Shown in pieces: positions 38,712-48,322 of a DNA stretch of 61,113 nucleotides (its first letter is position 1; every line of letters begins with the position of its first letter). Source of the stretch: Candidatus Kapaibacterium sp. (lineage in GTDB: Bacteria; Bacteroidota; Ignavibacteria; Kapaibacteriales; WFXC01). The position numbers and the translations under genes are program-made. The DNA lies in the NCBI GenBank assembly GCA_026996895.1, contig JALWJX010000037.1:1-61113 (forward strand). The letters are read 5' to 3'. The notes beneath the pieces were generated by a model, which was not told the DNA's origin, did not search any database, and was given only the letters and a program-made list of their open reading frames with translations.

Positions 38712-39533
38712 TCACGTCTGGTACTGGTAGGAAAGAAGTTGAACCCCGTGATCCTGCGCCGTTTGCTCTATTCCTGTAAAAACCCGGTCACACACGACGA
38801 CCGGTATTGCTCTGATGCCAAAAGCCCGTTGGAGAATCTGGGCACGCTCTGCTGCTCGATGAACATCTTTTTCAAATGCGGTAACGGAAGCTTCTACTGC
38901 CAGGACAACGGGTTCCCCACTGTGCCAATCTCGACCTTCTATGACAGCGTCCAACTCCATCGCGTCGTGATAATCTTGCTCATTGATGGTACCAGTTTCC
39001 ACCGCTTCGTCAAGCCGATCTGCCAATTTCTGCGTCGAGAGAATCCTGCTTTTTCGGACTACTCGCCAGACAATCGCTGGATATCGTTCTCGGACCGTTC
39101 GTTCATAGTCCTTTCCTCTCAGCCCTCCTACCTGATCTTTGAGTGTCTCAACATCGTCCTTGAGCCCTGCAACGTCCCGCTTGAGCACCGTAACGTCCTC
39201 CTTGAGCACCGCAACGTCCCGCTTGAGCACCGTAACGTCCTCCTTGAGCACCGCAACGTCCCGCTTGAGCACCGTAACGTCCTGCTTGAGCACCTGGATA
39301 TCCTGTTCTACCCGAGTTAGACGCCTGTCGTGTTCCTTCAGCAATTCCCCGTGCTGCTTAACCAACCGAATTAACTCATCCACTTTCCGTGGCAACTCTA
39401 AAAGTTCAGTCGTGAGAATGAGTTTGCGCAACTCCTCCAGCCACTCTGGGTGCGCTTTCAGGGCTCGCAACAAGTCGCCGAACGTACGAACCCGATATTC
39501 GTCCATCTGCTTTTCAAGCGTTTCCATTGGCAC
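38712..39533 (-). CDS. Coiled-coil protein with heptad tandem repeats and a C-terminal PD-(D/E)xK-like (DUF1626/PDDEXK_10-like) domain
   Basis: 273 aa. N-terminus has PEWLEELRKLILTTELLELPRKVDEL. Eight heptads read DIQVLKQ DVTVLKR DVAVLKE DVTVLKR DVAVLKE DVTVLKR DVAGLKD DVETLKD. C-terminus MELDAVIEGRD...VVLAVEASVTAFEKDV...IPVVVC resembles a restriction-endonuclease-fold core. The start could instead be ATG 39527. Confidence 0.7.
   Translation of the reverse strand: MPMETLEKQMDEYRVRTFGDLLRALKAHPEWLEELRKLILTTELLELPRKVDELIRLVKQHGELLKEHDRRLTRVEQDIQVLKQDVTVLKRDVAVLKEDVTVLKRDVAVLKEDVTVLKRDVAGLKDDVETLKDQVGGLRGKDYERTVRERYPAIVWRVVRKSRILSTQKLADRLDEAVETGTINEQDYHDAMELDAVIEGRDWHSGEPVVLAVEASVTAFEKDVHRAAERAQILQRAFGIRAIPVVVCDRVFTGIEQTAQDHGVQLLSYQYQT
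39138..39305 (-). repeat. In-frame 21-bp tandem repeat (eight units; a 42-bp double unit is perfectly repeated about 2.5 times at 39180-39284)
   Basis: On the plus strand, cttgagcaccgtaacgtcctc and cttgagcaccgcaacgtcccg alternate. Units at 39180, 39222 and 39264 are identical or nearly so, as are units at 39201 and 39243. Flanking units are diverged. Confidence 0.95.
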
Positions 39534-39681
39534 CGATCGAGCCTGCGCTAATGAACTTTTCCCTCAAAGGGACGTTCTACAACAACAATTCGTTTCCAGA
39601 TGCGCCAATATTAACACTGGAGGCAGTGCTCTTTTGACGCCACACTTCCATCGATGGTAGCATCAGTTTTCGCATTACCAC

Positions 39682-39972
39682 TCACATTTGCCTGCCGGAC
39701 GAAGGAGGCGAAACCGCTTGGGCGCCATTGTCCAACGGAGATCGTGACACGCTGCTCCCAGGTACGGTTCTGGAAACCTCTTTGCTTTCTGTCGCCTGTT
39801 GAATTTCCTCACTGATCAGGTTGAGATTACGGTGAAACTCCGCCTGTGCCTTGCGAACCTGTGCCAGTCCTTTTGCAATGGTGCGCGAGACATCCGGCAA
39901 CTTCTTGGGACCAAAGAGTAACAGAATGACCAGTACTATCAGGAGGAGTTCGCCAAAACCGACATCGAACAT
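39682..39972 (-). CDS. TatA/TatB-family twin-arginine translocase component (second paralog)
   Basis: Track ORF extends to 40170. ATG 39972 gives MFDVGFGELLLIVLVILLLFGPKKLPDVSRTIAKGL, the canonical Tat N-terminus. It starts 4 nt after the upstream tatA stop. Confidence 0.85.
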   Translation of the reverse strand: MFDVGFGELLLIVLVILLLFGPKKLPDVSRTIAKGLAQVRKAQAEFHRNLNLISEEIQQATESKEVSRTVPGSSVSRSPLDNGAQAVSPPSSGRQM

Positions 39973-39976
39973 TGCT

Positions 39977-40228
39977 CTACGAAGTGCTTGTCTGACTGCT
40001 GTGCGACTGGTGCTCCGGGGAGGCTGGTGCACTCTGTGATCCTGAGGATTCCAATGCCTGACGATGTGTCGGGGAGGTTTCTTCCGGCTCGTCCATCTGC
40101 GCTGCTTTCTTAAACTCTCGAATGCCCGATCCCAGTCCGCGCATAAGTTCCGGAATCCGGCGAGCGCCAAAAAGGACGACGATGATCAAAAAGATGATGA
40201 CTAATTCTGTGATGCCAATGGTTCCCAT
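39977..40228 (-). CDS. tatA: Twin-arginine translocase subunit TatA
   Basis: [42 protein letters not shown]. An AGGAG lies 8 nt upstream, inside the end of purQ. Confidence 0.88.
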   Translation of the reverse strand: MGTIGITELVIIFLIIVVLFGARRIPELMRGLGSGIREFKKAAQMDEPEETSPTHRQALESSGSQSAPASPEHQSHSSQTSTS

Positions 40229-40935
40229 TGCCGATACTCCTGTTGTTGAACGAAAAGACGTAAAGATTCAAACACCACTTTTCCATCTTCGGAACCCAAA
40301 AGGGCTTCAACAGCTCGTTCCGGATGGGGCATCATTCCGCACACATTACGATGCCGATTCACAATACCGGCGATATTGCCCAGCGAGCCATTTGGATTTG
40401 CCGCCTCGGTAATCTCTCCATCAGGAGTGGCATAGCGGAACAGAATCTGGTCCCCATCTTCCAGCGCTTTGAGCCCATCCGGATCGATATAATACCGCCC
40501 ATCGGCGTGTGCAATGGGAATACGGAGCACCTGTCCAGTGGTCGCCGCCGCCGTAAACGGAGAGTCTACTGTCTCAACGCGCAGAAAAACAGAGCGGCAG
40601 ATAAAGCGCAGCGATGCATTCTGAAGTAATGCTCCCGGCAGCAATTGCGCCTCGGTCAAAATCTGGAATCCGTTACAGATGCCCAGGACATAGCCACCGC
40701 GATCGGCGAACCGCTTGACTTCCTGCATAATGGGAGAAAATCGGGCAATGGCACCGGGACGTAAATAATCGCCATAGGAAAACCCGCCGGGCAGAATGAT
40801 ACAATCCAGATCGGAGGGAAGAACACGATCCTTATGCCACAACGGCACTACCGCTTCGCCCATTACGTGCTCAATGGCATACAGCGTATCCCGATCGCAG
40901 TTGGAACCGGGAAAGATGACCACTCCATATTTCAT
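40201..40935 (-). CDS. purQ: Phosphoribosylformylglycinamidine synthase, glutaminase subunit
   Basis: Motifs [30 protein letters not shown] (catalytic Cys) and MMPHPER. Confidence 0.95.
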   Translation of the reverse strand: MKYGVVIFPGSNCDRDTLYAIEHVMGEAVVPLWHKDRVLPSDLDCIILPGGFSYGDYLRPGAIARFSPIMQEVKRFADRGGYVLGICNGFQILTEAQLLPGALLQNASLRFICRSVFLRVETVDSPFTAAATTGQVLRIPIAHADGRYYIDPDGLKALEDGDQILFRYATPDGEITEAANPNGSLGNIAGIVNRHRNVCGMMPHPERAVEALLGSEDGKVVFESLRLFVQQQEYRQWEPLASQN

Positions 40936-41207
40936 TGCTCACTCACTTCTGCCTCTTCCGGTGTCAGGGAAATAGAAAAGTCTTCGATCACAGGATTTGC
41001 CAAAAGTTTAACGCAGGCTTGCTCCACGATCTGCCGGGCTTCTTCTTCAGAAGCCGCCTGCACAGAAAAGTGAAAGAATTTGCCAACGCGCACATTTCGA
41101 ATCTGAGCAAATCCCAGGGAATGCAACCCATCTTCAATGGTTTTCCCCTGTACATCAGCAATATTCTGGCGCAAGGTAACAATAACAGAAGCGGCAAACT
41201 GTTGCAT
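40932..41207 (-). CDS. purS: Phosphoribosylformylglycinamidine synthase subunit PurS
   Basis: 91 aa. [24 protein letters not shown]...NPVIEDF. 4-nt overlap with purQ. Confidence 0.9.
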   Translation of the reverse strand: MQQFAASVIVTLRQNIADVQGKTIEDGLHSLGFAQIRNVRVGKFFHFSVQAASEEEARQIVEQACVKLLANPVIEDFSISLTPEEAEVSEQ

Positions 41208-41228
41208 GCTTTTATCCAGCGATTGCTT

Positions 41229-41993
41229 CTACAAATCGAAGGGACCGGCAACTTCTTCGTCGTCTAACTCTTTCCACCGCCGCAGCCGGTCAATGGTATG
41301 ACGAATGACTGAGGCAAGGATATAGAGCACCATCACCGGAAACAACAACACTCCTTTGGACACAATGACCACGATCGTACCAAAGACAAGGAAGGCAAAG
41401 CGGAAGGGATATTCGCGTATTCCCTGCTTTGAAAGCTTCGGGATACTGAAAAAGCGAATGGTACTTGCCATCAAAGCTGACAGAATGGCGGTGACGGCAA
41501 GGAATGCAGCCGTACGCCAGGGATCGGGAATAAGTCCTGCCTGATCGTAAAACAGGACATACGCCAGCAGTGTTAAAGCCGCAGAGGGAATGGGCATCCC
41601 AACAAAGTACCGCTTATCCTCAAAATCGGTCAACTGGACATTAAACCGGGCAAGTCGGAACACTCCTGCTAAGGCTGGCAGCGCCGAAACCACCACGCCC
41701 CAGGCTTGAAACTGAGCAAAGTATGCGTGATAGATCAGAAACGAAGGGGCAACGCCAAACGAAACGGCATCGCAGAGTGAATCCAGTTCTACTCCCAGCT
41801 CACTGGTAGCTTTAATCAAGCGGGCAACCATTCCATCCAGCATATCGAACACAGCGGCTAAGACAATAAACCCTGCGGCTGCCCAGTAATGACCGGCGCT
41901 GATCTGCACAATGGCGTTGAACCCGCTGAACAGATTCATCAGGGTAAAAACGTTCGGGATGATTGAACGTGTGATTCGAAACCGCCTTTGCAC
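41229..41993 (-). CDS. pssA: CDP-diacylglycerol--serine O-phosphatidyltransferase (CDP-alcohol phosphatidyltransferase family)
   Basis: DMLDGMVARLIKATSELGVELDSLCDAVSFG matches the D-G-x2-A-R-x8-G-x3-D-x3-D motif. Polytopic membrane protein. Confidence 0.88.
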   Translation of the reverse strand: MQRRFRITRSIIPNVFTLMNLFSGFNAIVQISAGHYWAAAGFIVLAAVFDMLDGMVARLIKATSELGVELDSLCDAVSFGVAPSFLIYHAYFAQFQAWGVVVSALPALAGVFRLARFNVQLTDFEDKRYFVGMPIPSAALTLLAYVLFYDQAGLIPDPWRTAAFLAVTAILSALMASTIRFFSIPKLSKQGIREYPFRFAFLVFGTIVVIVSKGVLLFPVMVLYILASVIRHTIDRLRRWKELDDEEVAGPFDL

Positions 41994-42084
41994 TGGTACT
42001 CCTGCTTTGTTCCTGCCTTACCAGGGATTTGCTGCAAAATTCAAAGATACGAATTTTGGTGTTCACGCCATAGCTGTCCTGCTA

Positions 42085-42603
42085 TTACTGCAATCCCAGA
42101 AATCGGGACAATCGCTTCCACGTGGCAGCACGGGCAGCTTCATAGCGATCAAACAGCTTTCGATCAACGTCACCCTGATCGATAAAGCGCTTCAACTCCC
42201 GAATCATTTCCTGTACACCGTTGAAAATGAGTTCCATTTCGCCAATGACCAACCGGCTCTGGGCTGAAATCGTCGCGCTGCTGCGAAGCTGCTGGAGCGA
42301 TTGTTGCACCATTTCCACCAGATTCTCCGTTCCAGTCAACAAAGCAATGGCTATGGAATCCGGCTGTAATCCCGCCATATAGGCATCGCCAACGAGCACA
42401 ACATTAGTGTACGCTAAAAAAGCATTGGCAGAACCCATCGTGCCAGCAAACTGCGGCAGAGAAAAGTGCACAGTATCAGGCTGGTGCTGTGCCTGCGATC
42501 CGGATGTCGATGGTGTTGCCGGTGACATCTGGTGTGACTGTGCACTGCTGATCAACGGCAGCCAGCCCAGCAATATCCCGATGACCCACAACATTCCTTT
42601 CAT
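42085..42603 (-). CDS. Hypothetical secreted protein
   Basis: ATG 42603 gives MKGMLWVIGILLGWLPLISSAQS, a signal peptide. It overlaps the ltaE stop by 4 nt. No recognised domain. Confidence 0.55.
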   Translation of the reverse strand: MKGMLWVIGILLGWLPLISSAQSHQMSPATPSTSGSQAQHQPDTVHFSLPQFAGTMGSANAFLAYTNVVLVGDAYMAGLQPDSIAIALLTGTENLVEMVQQSLQQLRSSATISAQSRLVIGEMELIFNGVQEMIRELKRFIDQGDVDRKLFDRYEAARAATWKRLSRFLGLQ

Positions 42604-43658
42604 TGTGACTCCTTTCGATCGTTCCATTGCTCAATGACCTGCTTTATTCTATCCACAGCATCTTCCACATCACTGGCGGCAACATCCAGATGGAAGACCG
42701 CCCGAATGGCATCTTCCCGAAGTGCATTGAACAACACGCCCATCTCCCGACACCGTGCAACAAATGTAGCAGCAGGCTGGAGAAACGGTGCCAGGTGGAA
42801 CACCACAATGTTCGTCTCCACGTGATCTGGATCCACAGAAATTCCCGGCAACTGGCGAATCTGCTCAGCAAAGCGTTTCGCATTGTGGTGATCCTGTTTC
42901 AACCGCTCAATGTGGTGCTCCAGTGCATACAGGGCAGCAGCGGCTAAGATACCCACCTGCCGCATTCCGCCGCCCCACACCTTCCGCCACTTATGCGCCC
43001 GTTGCACCATCGCTTTTGATCCCAACAGCATCGAGCCAATCGGTGCACCCAATCCTTTGGAGAAGCACACAGAGAGAGAATCACAGTAGCGGGCATAATG
43101 GGAAACCGGGATGCCAGTTGCAACGCTGGCATTCCAGATCCGCGCGCCATCGCAATGGACAAAGAGGTGATGCTCATCTGCTACAGCCCGCACCATCTCA
43201 AAGAATTCCAATGGCAACACTGCACCGCCATACCGATTATGCGTTTGCTCCAGACAAATGCCACGGGTTGGCGGCAAATAATATGCGCTGGAGCGAATAG
43301 CCCGGCGCAGCATCTCTTCACTCCACACTCCTCGTTGACTGGGCAATGGGTATAACTGCAATCCCGAAAGCACCGCCGGAGCTGCTGTTTCATAGTGGAA
43401 AATATGCGACTCACTGTCAACAATGACTTCATCCCCCGGTTGCGTTTGTGCCTTAAGGCACAGTTGATTTCCCATTACCCCTGTGGGTACAAACAGTGCC
43501 GCTTCTTTCTCAAACAGCTCACACATTCGCTGTTCTAACTGCTGCACCGTTGGATCTTCCCCATAGACATCATCACCAACCGCAGCCGCTGCAATCGCAT
43601 TCCGCATCGCAGCAGTTGGCTTTGTCACCGTATCACTGCGCAAATCCAGAAGCTTCAT
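42600..43658 (-). CDS. ltaE: Low-specificity L-threonine aldolase (beta-eliminating lyase family)
   Basis: LRSDTVTKPT N-terminus, DDVYGEDPTV, and CFSKGLGAPIGS containing the PLP lysine. Confidence 0.88.
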   Translation of the reverse strand: MKLLDLRSDTVTKPTAAMRNAIAAAAVGDDVYGEDPTVQQLEQRMCELFEKEAALFVPTGVMGNQLCLKAQTQPGDEVIVDSESHIFHYETAAPAVLSGLQLYPLPSQRGVWSEEMLRRAIRSSAYYLPPTRGICLEQTHNRYGGAVLPLEFFEMVRAVADEHHLFVHCDGARIWNASVATGIPVSHYARYCDSLSVCFSKGLGAPIGSMLLGSKAMVQRAHKWRKVWGGGMRQVGILAAAALYALEHHIERLKQDHHNAKRFAEQIRQLPGISVDPDHVETNIVVFHLAPFLQPAATFVARCREMGVLFNALREDAIRAVFHLDVAASDVEDAVDRIKQVIEQWNDRKESQ

Positions 43659-43746
43659 TCGTCACTGAGTTTTGTTTGTTCCTGTTTGCTTCCAGAACTT
43701 TTCAAATTCGCAAATTACAGCACGATCGGGAGATATCCACACAACG

Positions 43747-46653
43747 ATGGGACGGAAAAAGAAGAACACGCAGAGCTGGTGGATTCCAGATGGTAATGGT
43801 GGGCTGGGGGCACCAGCGGGCGAATACACCCACATTGTCGTCCGGGGCGCACGAGAGCACAACTTAAAAAACATTAGTCTGGAAATCCCTCGAGAAAAAC
43901 TGGTCGTTATTAGTGGTGTTTCAGGTTCCGGTAAATCCTCACTGGCATTTGACACGCTCTATGTTGAAGGCAAGCGCCGCTATGTGGAGTGCCTATCACC
44001 GTATGCGCGACAGTTTCTTGGCATCTTAGAAAAGCCCGATGTGGATTTCATCGAAGGATTATCCCCCGCCATCGCCATCGATCAAAAAACAGCAGGTACC
44101 AATCCCCGATCCACGGTGGGAACGATCACTGAAATCTACGACTACTTGCGACTGCTGTTTGCGAAAATCGGAACGCAGTTCTGCGTCGATCATCCCGACG
44201 TTGCGGTGGAAGCGCTGAACGAGGAAGAAATGGTGCAGACCGTAATGGCACTCCCGGAAGGCACGAAGGTGCAAATTCTGGCACCGCTGGTCCGGGGGCG
44301 CAAAGGGCACTATCGCGCTCTGTTTGAACAACTGCGAAAAGCTGGTTTTACCAAAGTCCGGGTCGATGGCACCATTGCAGAGCTGGAAGAAGGGTATGAG
44401 GTCAGTCGATATAAAATCCACAACATCGAACTGGTCGTTGATCGCCTGACCATCCGCCCCGCTTTGCACCGCCGCATCGTGGATTCTTTACATCTGGCTT
44501 TGGATTGGGGCAAAGGTAGTGTTATTGTGCTGTGGTACGATGAACAGCAGCAGCGATGGGAGGAGCAATGGCTGAATTTGCATCTTGCCTGTCCCATCTG
44601 TCAACGCTCGTATGAACCCTTAGCACCGCACCACTTTTCCTTCAATTCCCCACGAGGCGCCTGTCCGGAATGCGAAGGATTGGGCATCCGGCGGCAGTTT
44701 CATCCTGAACTGGTTGTCACAGCACCGGACAAATCCCTGGCGGACGGCGCGATCGAACTTCTGGGAAAAAAGCGGCGCACGTGGCTGTGGCGCTTAATAG
44801 ACGCCGTGGCAGCGGAACATCAGATTGATCTATCAACTCCCTATCGTCAGCTTTCCGAAGAACACCGCCACATTTTACTCTATGGCACAGACCAGGAATA
44901 CTCGGTAAAACTCCCGTTCGATCAACGACCATACGCGGTGCGCTTCCCTGGGTTGCTTCAGATCTTTCTGGAAGAATATCAGCGGACCGAATCCACTCCC
45001 AGGCTGCGACGATACGAACGCTTTATGGCAACACTACCGTGTCCCGTTTGTCGCGGGCAGCGCCTCCGCCCTGAAAGTCTGGCAGTCCGCATCGCTGGCA
45101 AATCCATTGCGGACATTGCCGCAATGAACATTGAAACCGCGCTCCAGTTTCTGCAACAGGTGCAACTATCACAGCGGGAACAAAAAATTGCTGGAATTGT
45201 GCTGAAAGAAATCGTTGAACGATTGGGCTTTCTGGTTGACATCGGCCTTGGATACCTTTCACTGGACCGACCCGCAAATACTCTCTCTGGTGGCGAGGCA
45301 CAGCGGATCCGCTTAGCCGCCCAAATTGGCGCACAACTGGTCGGCGTGCTTTATGTGCTGGACGAACCCAGCATCGGACTCCATCCATCGGACAATCGCC
45401 GATTGATTCAAGCGCTCAAATCCCTGCGGGATCTGGGCAACACGAGCATCGTTGTTGAACACGATCGGGACACGATCGAAGCGGCTGATTACCTGATCGA
45501 TCTGGGTCCGGGTGCAGGCGTCCAGGGTGGAGAAATTCTCTACGCCGGAACGCTCCGGCAATCGTTGAGCAGGCGAAATGGAAAGTCGCTGACCCTGCAG
45601 TATTTGCAACACAAACGAAAAATTCCGCTGCCCAAACAACGGCGAACTGGCAATGGCAAAAAGCTTCGCTTGATCGGCGCATCGGGGAATAACCTTCGGA
45701 ACATTACGGTGGAATTCCCGCTGGGATGCTTCATCTGTGTCACGGGCAAAAGTGGATCGGGAAAGTCAACGCTGATCAACGATACACTGCACCCCATTCT
45801 GGCACGCCGTTTCCACAGAGCACAGATGCTTCCGCTGCCTTACCAGTCAATTGAAGGACTGGAGCATCTCAACAAAGTTGTAGTCATCGACCAATCGCCG
45901 ATTGGTCGCACAACTCGATCGAATCCAGCAACGTACACAGGTGTTTTCACCGAGATCCGCAAACTCTTTGCGCAGCTTCCTGAGGCGCGGGTCCGGGGAT
46001 TCACTCCCTCCCGCTTTTCCTTCAATGTTCGTGGCGGACGATGTGAACCCTGTCAGGGAATGGGCGTAAAAACCATTGAAATGCACTTTCTGCCCAGCGT
46101 GACCGTGCCCTGCGAATTCTGCGATGGCAAACGGTACAATACCGAAACGTTGCAGGTCCGGTATCAGGGCTATTCCATCGCCGACGTGTTAGAGATGACC
46201 ATCACGGAAGCACGAACGCTGTTTCAGGACATCCCTGCCATCCGCCGCTACCTGCAGGTGCTGGAAGACATTGGGCTGGGCTATCTTCGTCTGGGACAGC
46301 CAGCGCCTACGCTTTCAGGCGGTGAAGCGCAGCGGGTAAAATTAGCTGCTGAGCTTACCAAGGTCGCAACGGGCAAGACCCTTTACATTCTGGATGAACC
46401 CACGACCGGCTTGCATTTCGAAGACATTCGGATTCTGCTCCATTTCCTCCATCAACTGGTCGATCGTGGCAACACGGTCATCGTCATCGAACACAATCTG
46501 GATGTGATCAAGACTGCCGATTGGATCATCGATCTGGGACCGGAAGGTGGTGACAAAGGCGGAGATGTGGTCGCTGTTGGAACACCGGAGGACATCGCCA
46601 GCAATCCCCGCAGCCTGACCGGACAGTATCTCCGAGCGGCATTGCAAGAATGA
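43747..46653 (+). CDS. uvrA: Excinuclease ABC subunit A
   Basis: Track ORF starts at 43672. ATG 43747 (MGRKKKNT...) precedes VRGAREHNLKNISLEIPR. Two ABC modules (GVSGSGKSSLAFDT; GKSGSGKSTLINDT) and LSGGEAQRI(R/K)LA twice. Confidence 0.96.
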   Translation: MGRKKKNTQSWWIPDGNGGLGAPAGEYTHIVVRGAREHNLKNISLEIPREKLVVISGVSGSGKSSLAFDTLYVEGKRRYVECLSPYARQFLGILEKPDVDFIEGLSPAIAIDQKTAGTNPRSTVGTITEIYDYLRLLFAKIGTQFCVDHPDVAVEALNEEEMVQTVMALPEGTKVQILAPLVRGRKGHYRALFEQLRKAGFTKVRVDGTIAELEEGYEVSRYKIHNIELVVDRLTIRPALHRRIVDSLHLALDWGKGSVIVLWYDEQQQRWEEQWLNLHLACPICQRSYEPLAPHHFSFNSPRGACPECEGLGIRRQFHPELVVTAPDKSLADGAIELLGKKRRTWLWRLIDAVAAEHQIDLSTPYRQLSEEHRHILLYGTDQEYSVKLPFDQRPYAVRFPGLLQIFLEEYQRTESTPRLRRYERFMATLPCPVCRGQRLRPESLAVRIAGKSIADIAAMNIETALQFLQQVQLSQREQKIAGIVLKEIVERLGFLVDIGLGYLSLDRPANTLSGGEAQRIRLAAQIGAQLVGVLYVLDEPSIGLHPSDNRRLIQALKSLRDLGNTSIVVEHDRDTIEAADYLIDLGPGAGVQGGEILYAGTLRQSLSRRNGKSLTLQYLQHKRKIPLPKQRRTGNGKKLRLIGASGNNLRNITVEFPLGCFICVTGKSGSGKSTLINDTLHPILARRFHRAQMLPLPYQSIEGLEHLNKVVVIDQSPIGRTTRSNPATYTGVFTEIRKLFAQLPEARVRGFTPSRFSFNVRGGRCEPCQGMGVKTIEMHFLPSVTVPCEFCDGKRYNTETLQVRYQGYSIADVLEMTITEARTLFQDIPAIRRYLQVLEDIGLGYLRLGQPAPTLSGGEAQRVKLAAELTKVATGKTLYILDEPTTGLHFEDIRILLHFLHQLVDRGNTVIVIEHNLDVIKTADWIIDLGPEGGDKGGDVVAVGTPEDIASNPRSLTGQYLRAALQE

Positions 46654-46670
46654 AGCCCCGTATGCCACGC

Positions 46671-47423
46671 TCACCGCTTCTCTCCTGCCGACCTCCGGGC
46701 AAAGGCAAGGATCAAAAAGACTATCAGTGCAGCAGCCGATTGGAAAAACACTAAGGTAAACCCCGTTGGAAAATCCCAGTAGTAAGAAGCAACGATTCCA
46801 GCCACATTGATCGCTGCTCCATACACCCACGCAAAAATCAACCCTCTACGCAACAGGTGGCTTACCAGTGCTGGAGCCAGAAGAATTGCAAAGATCACAA
46901 AAACACCAGCCAGCTTCACAGAGCTGGAAACGGTCAGGGCAAACAGAAGGTAAAAACCCAGCTCACGCCACCTATTTCGCAGGTACCGCTCCCGAAAGTA
47001 GATCAGTATGGCAATCACCGCATAAAAAATCGCCGTATGGATAATATCCTGCCGGGGCACAAAGAGAATATCCGCAGCGGTTAAGGATAAAAAATGTTCT
47101 GCACCCTGCGCTGATTTCGACAGCAAGAGGAAAGCCAGCGCAGCAGCGAAAGCATAGGCAAGACCAATAAAGGCTTCTTGAAAACGCTTCTGGAATTCAG
47201 CAAGGTAGATAAGCAGCGCTCCTCCCAGCGTTGCAGCAACAGCAAATTCATAGGAGAAATTTTCCAGGTTGAAGAGTAGCGCCATTGCCAGTCCCAGCGC
47301 TGCAAATTGTCCCAGCGCAATATCCGTAAAAATGATGCCTCGATGGATAATTTCCCGACCAAAGTAAGCGTGGATTCCCAGGAGCACCAGCGAGAGCAAG
47401 ATGGGATCCAGCAGAATATCCAT
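46671..47423 (-). CDS. Metal (Zn/Mn/Fe) ABC transporter permease, ABC-3 family
   Basis: 250 aa polytopic protein. Sits immediately downstream of a ZnuA/TroA-like binding protein with a 1-nt overlap. Confidence 0.75.
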   Translation of the reverse strand: MDILLDPILLSLVLLGIHAYFGREIIHRGIIFTDIALGQFAALGLAMALLFNLENFSYEFAVAATLGGALLIYLAEFQKRFQEAFIGLAYAFAAALAFLLLSKSAQGAEHFLSLTAADILFVPRQDIIHTAIFYAVIAILIYFRERYLRNRWRELGFYLLFALTVSSSVKLAGVFVIFAILLAPALVSHLLRRGLIFAWVYGAAINVAGIVASYYWDFPTGFTLVFFQSAAALIVFLILAFARRSAGEKR

Positions 47424-48322
47424 CAGGGCTGCACCGTTAGTTGTTTGACGATGTAGTCAAACAGATCGAAAATGGAATGAATGGTAGGCAAAGCCCCAAC
47501 ATCGTGGGGCAGAACTTTGACTGTTGCCTGCGTTTTCGATGCAACGTAGCGAGCAGTCTTCTGTTCGTGGTACACATCCTGCAAAATCCACCGAACTTTT
47601 GCTGCCCGCATTTGCTGAATCAACTGGATCAAATGCTTTGCACTGGGTGAAATGCCGGGCAATGGTTCTAAGGTTCCCACCAACTGCATTCCATACCGTC
47701 GAAGGAAATAGTCGTACAGTTTGTGGTAGGTCACCACTTTCGCGCCCTTCAACGAAGCACATTGCTGATCCCACTGCTGCAATTTCGCCTGCCATCGGCG
47801 AAGGAAGTCCTCCAGACGCTTGCGATACAGGGGACAATGATCGGGATCCAGATCGCACAATTTCGTTTCGATCGTGCGTGCCAGGACCGGAATATTGTGA
47901 GGATCCAGATGGTAGTGTGGATGCCCCTGCGGATGGACATCCCCTGCTGCTCGAGAAACTGCCTGTGGCTGCTCTATGAGCGACACAGCCGTCGAGAGGT
48001 CTAAAAAGCCGCGGTTGCCCGGAAAAATGACAGGATTATTTGCCTGCCGCACCAGCGGTGGAAGAAACCCTATTTCCAGCGAAGCCCCTTGAATGATCAG
48101 CAAATCGGCTTTCCGGAGCTTCGCAATGTGGGAAGGCTTTGGCACAACAAAATGCGGATCCTCGCTCCCCTTCGCCAGTGTGTACAGAGAAACCTGATCA
48201 TCTGCGATTTCTTCCACCAGACTCCGAATCCACGGATAGCTGACGACCACCCGCAAAGGGGCAGCCACCACCGTGGCTGTAATAACTCCAGCGATCCAGA
48301 ATGCTACGAAAAAACGCTGCAT
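47423..48322 (-). CDS. Metal ABC transporter substrate-binding protein (ZnuA/TroA family)
   Basis: 299 aa with a signal peptide. Motifs DPHFVVPKPSH and GDVHPQGHPHYHLDPHN (His-rich metal site / DPH.W-like motif). Confidence 0.82.
   Translation of the reverse strand: MQRFFVAFWIAGVITATVVAAPLRVVVSYPWIRSLVEEIADDQVSLYTLAKGSEDPHFVVPKPSHIAKLRKADLLIIQGASLEIGFLPPLVRQANNPVIFPGNRGFLDLSTAVSLIEQPQAVSRAAGDVHPQGHPHYHLDPHNIPVLARTIETKLCDLDPDHCPLYRKRLEDFLRRWQAKLQQWDQQCASLKGAKVVTYHKLYDYFLRRYGMQLVGTLEPLPGISPSAKHLIQLIQQMRAAKVRWILQDVYHEQKTARYVASKTQATVKVLPHDVGALPTIHSIFDLFDYIVKQLTVQP

Noticed and set aside
39138-39305. Possible CRISPR or other non-coding repeat array
   Set aside because: The units are contiguous with no spacers, are 21 bp long (a multiple of 3), and lie in frame inside a 273-aa ORF, encoding heptads.
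39648-39657. Perfect 10-bp palindrome CCATCGATGG in the spacer upstream of the coiled-coil gene
   Set aside because: It is a single short palindrome containing a ClaI-type site. It has no partner half-sites and no positional relation to a promoter box, so chance is a sufficient explanation.
39139-39660. 173-aa plus-strand ORF (Ser/Thr-rich, STSSLSPATSRLSTVTSSLSTATSRLS...)
   Set aside because: It is the antisense mirror of the tandem repeat in 38712..39533. Its low-complexity product is generated by the repeat.
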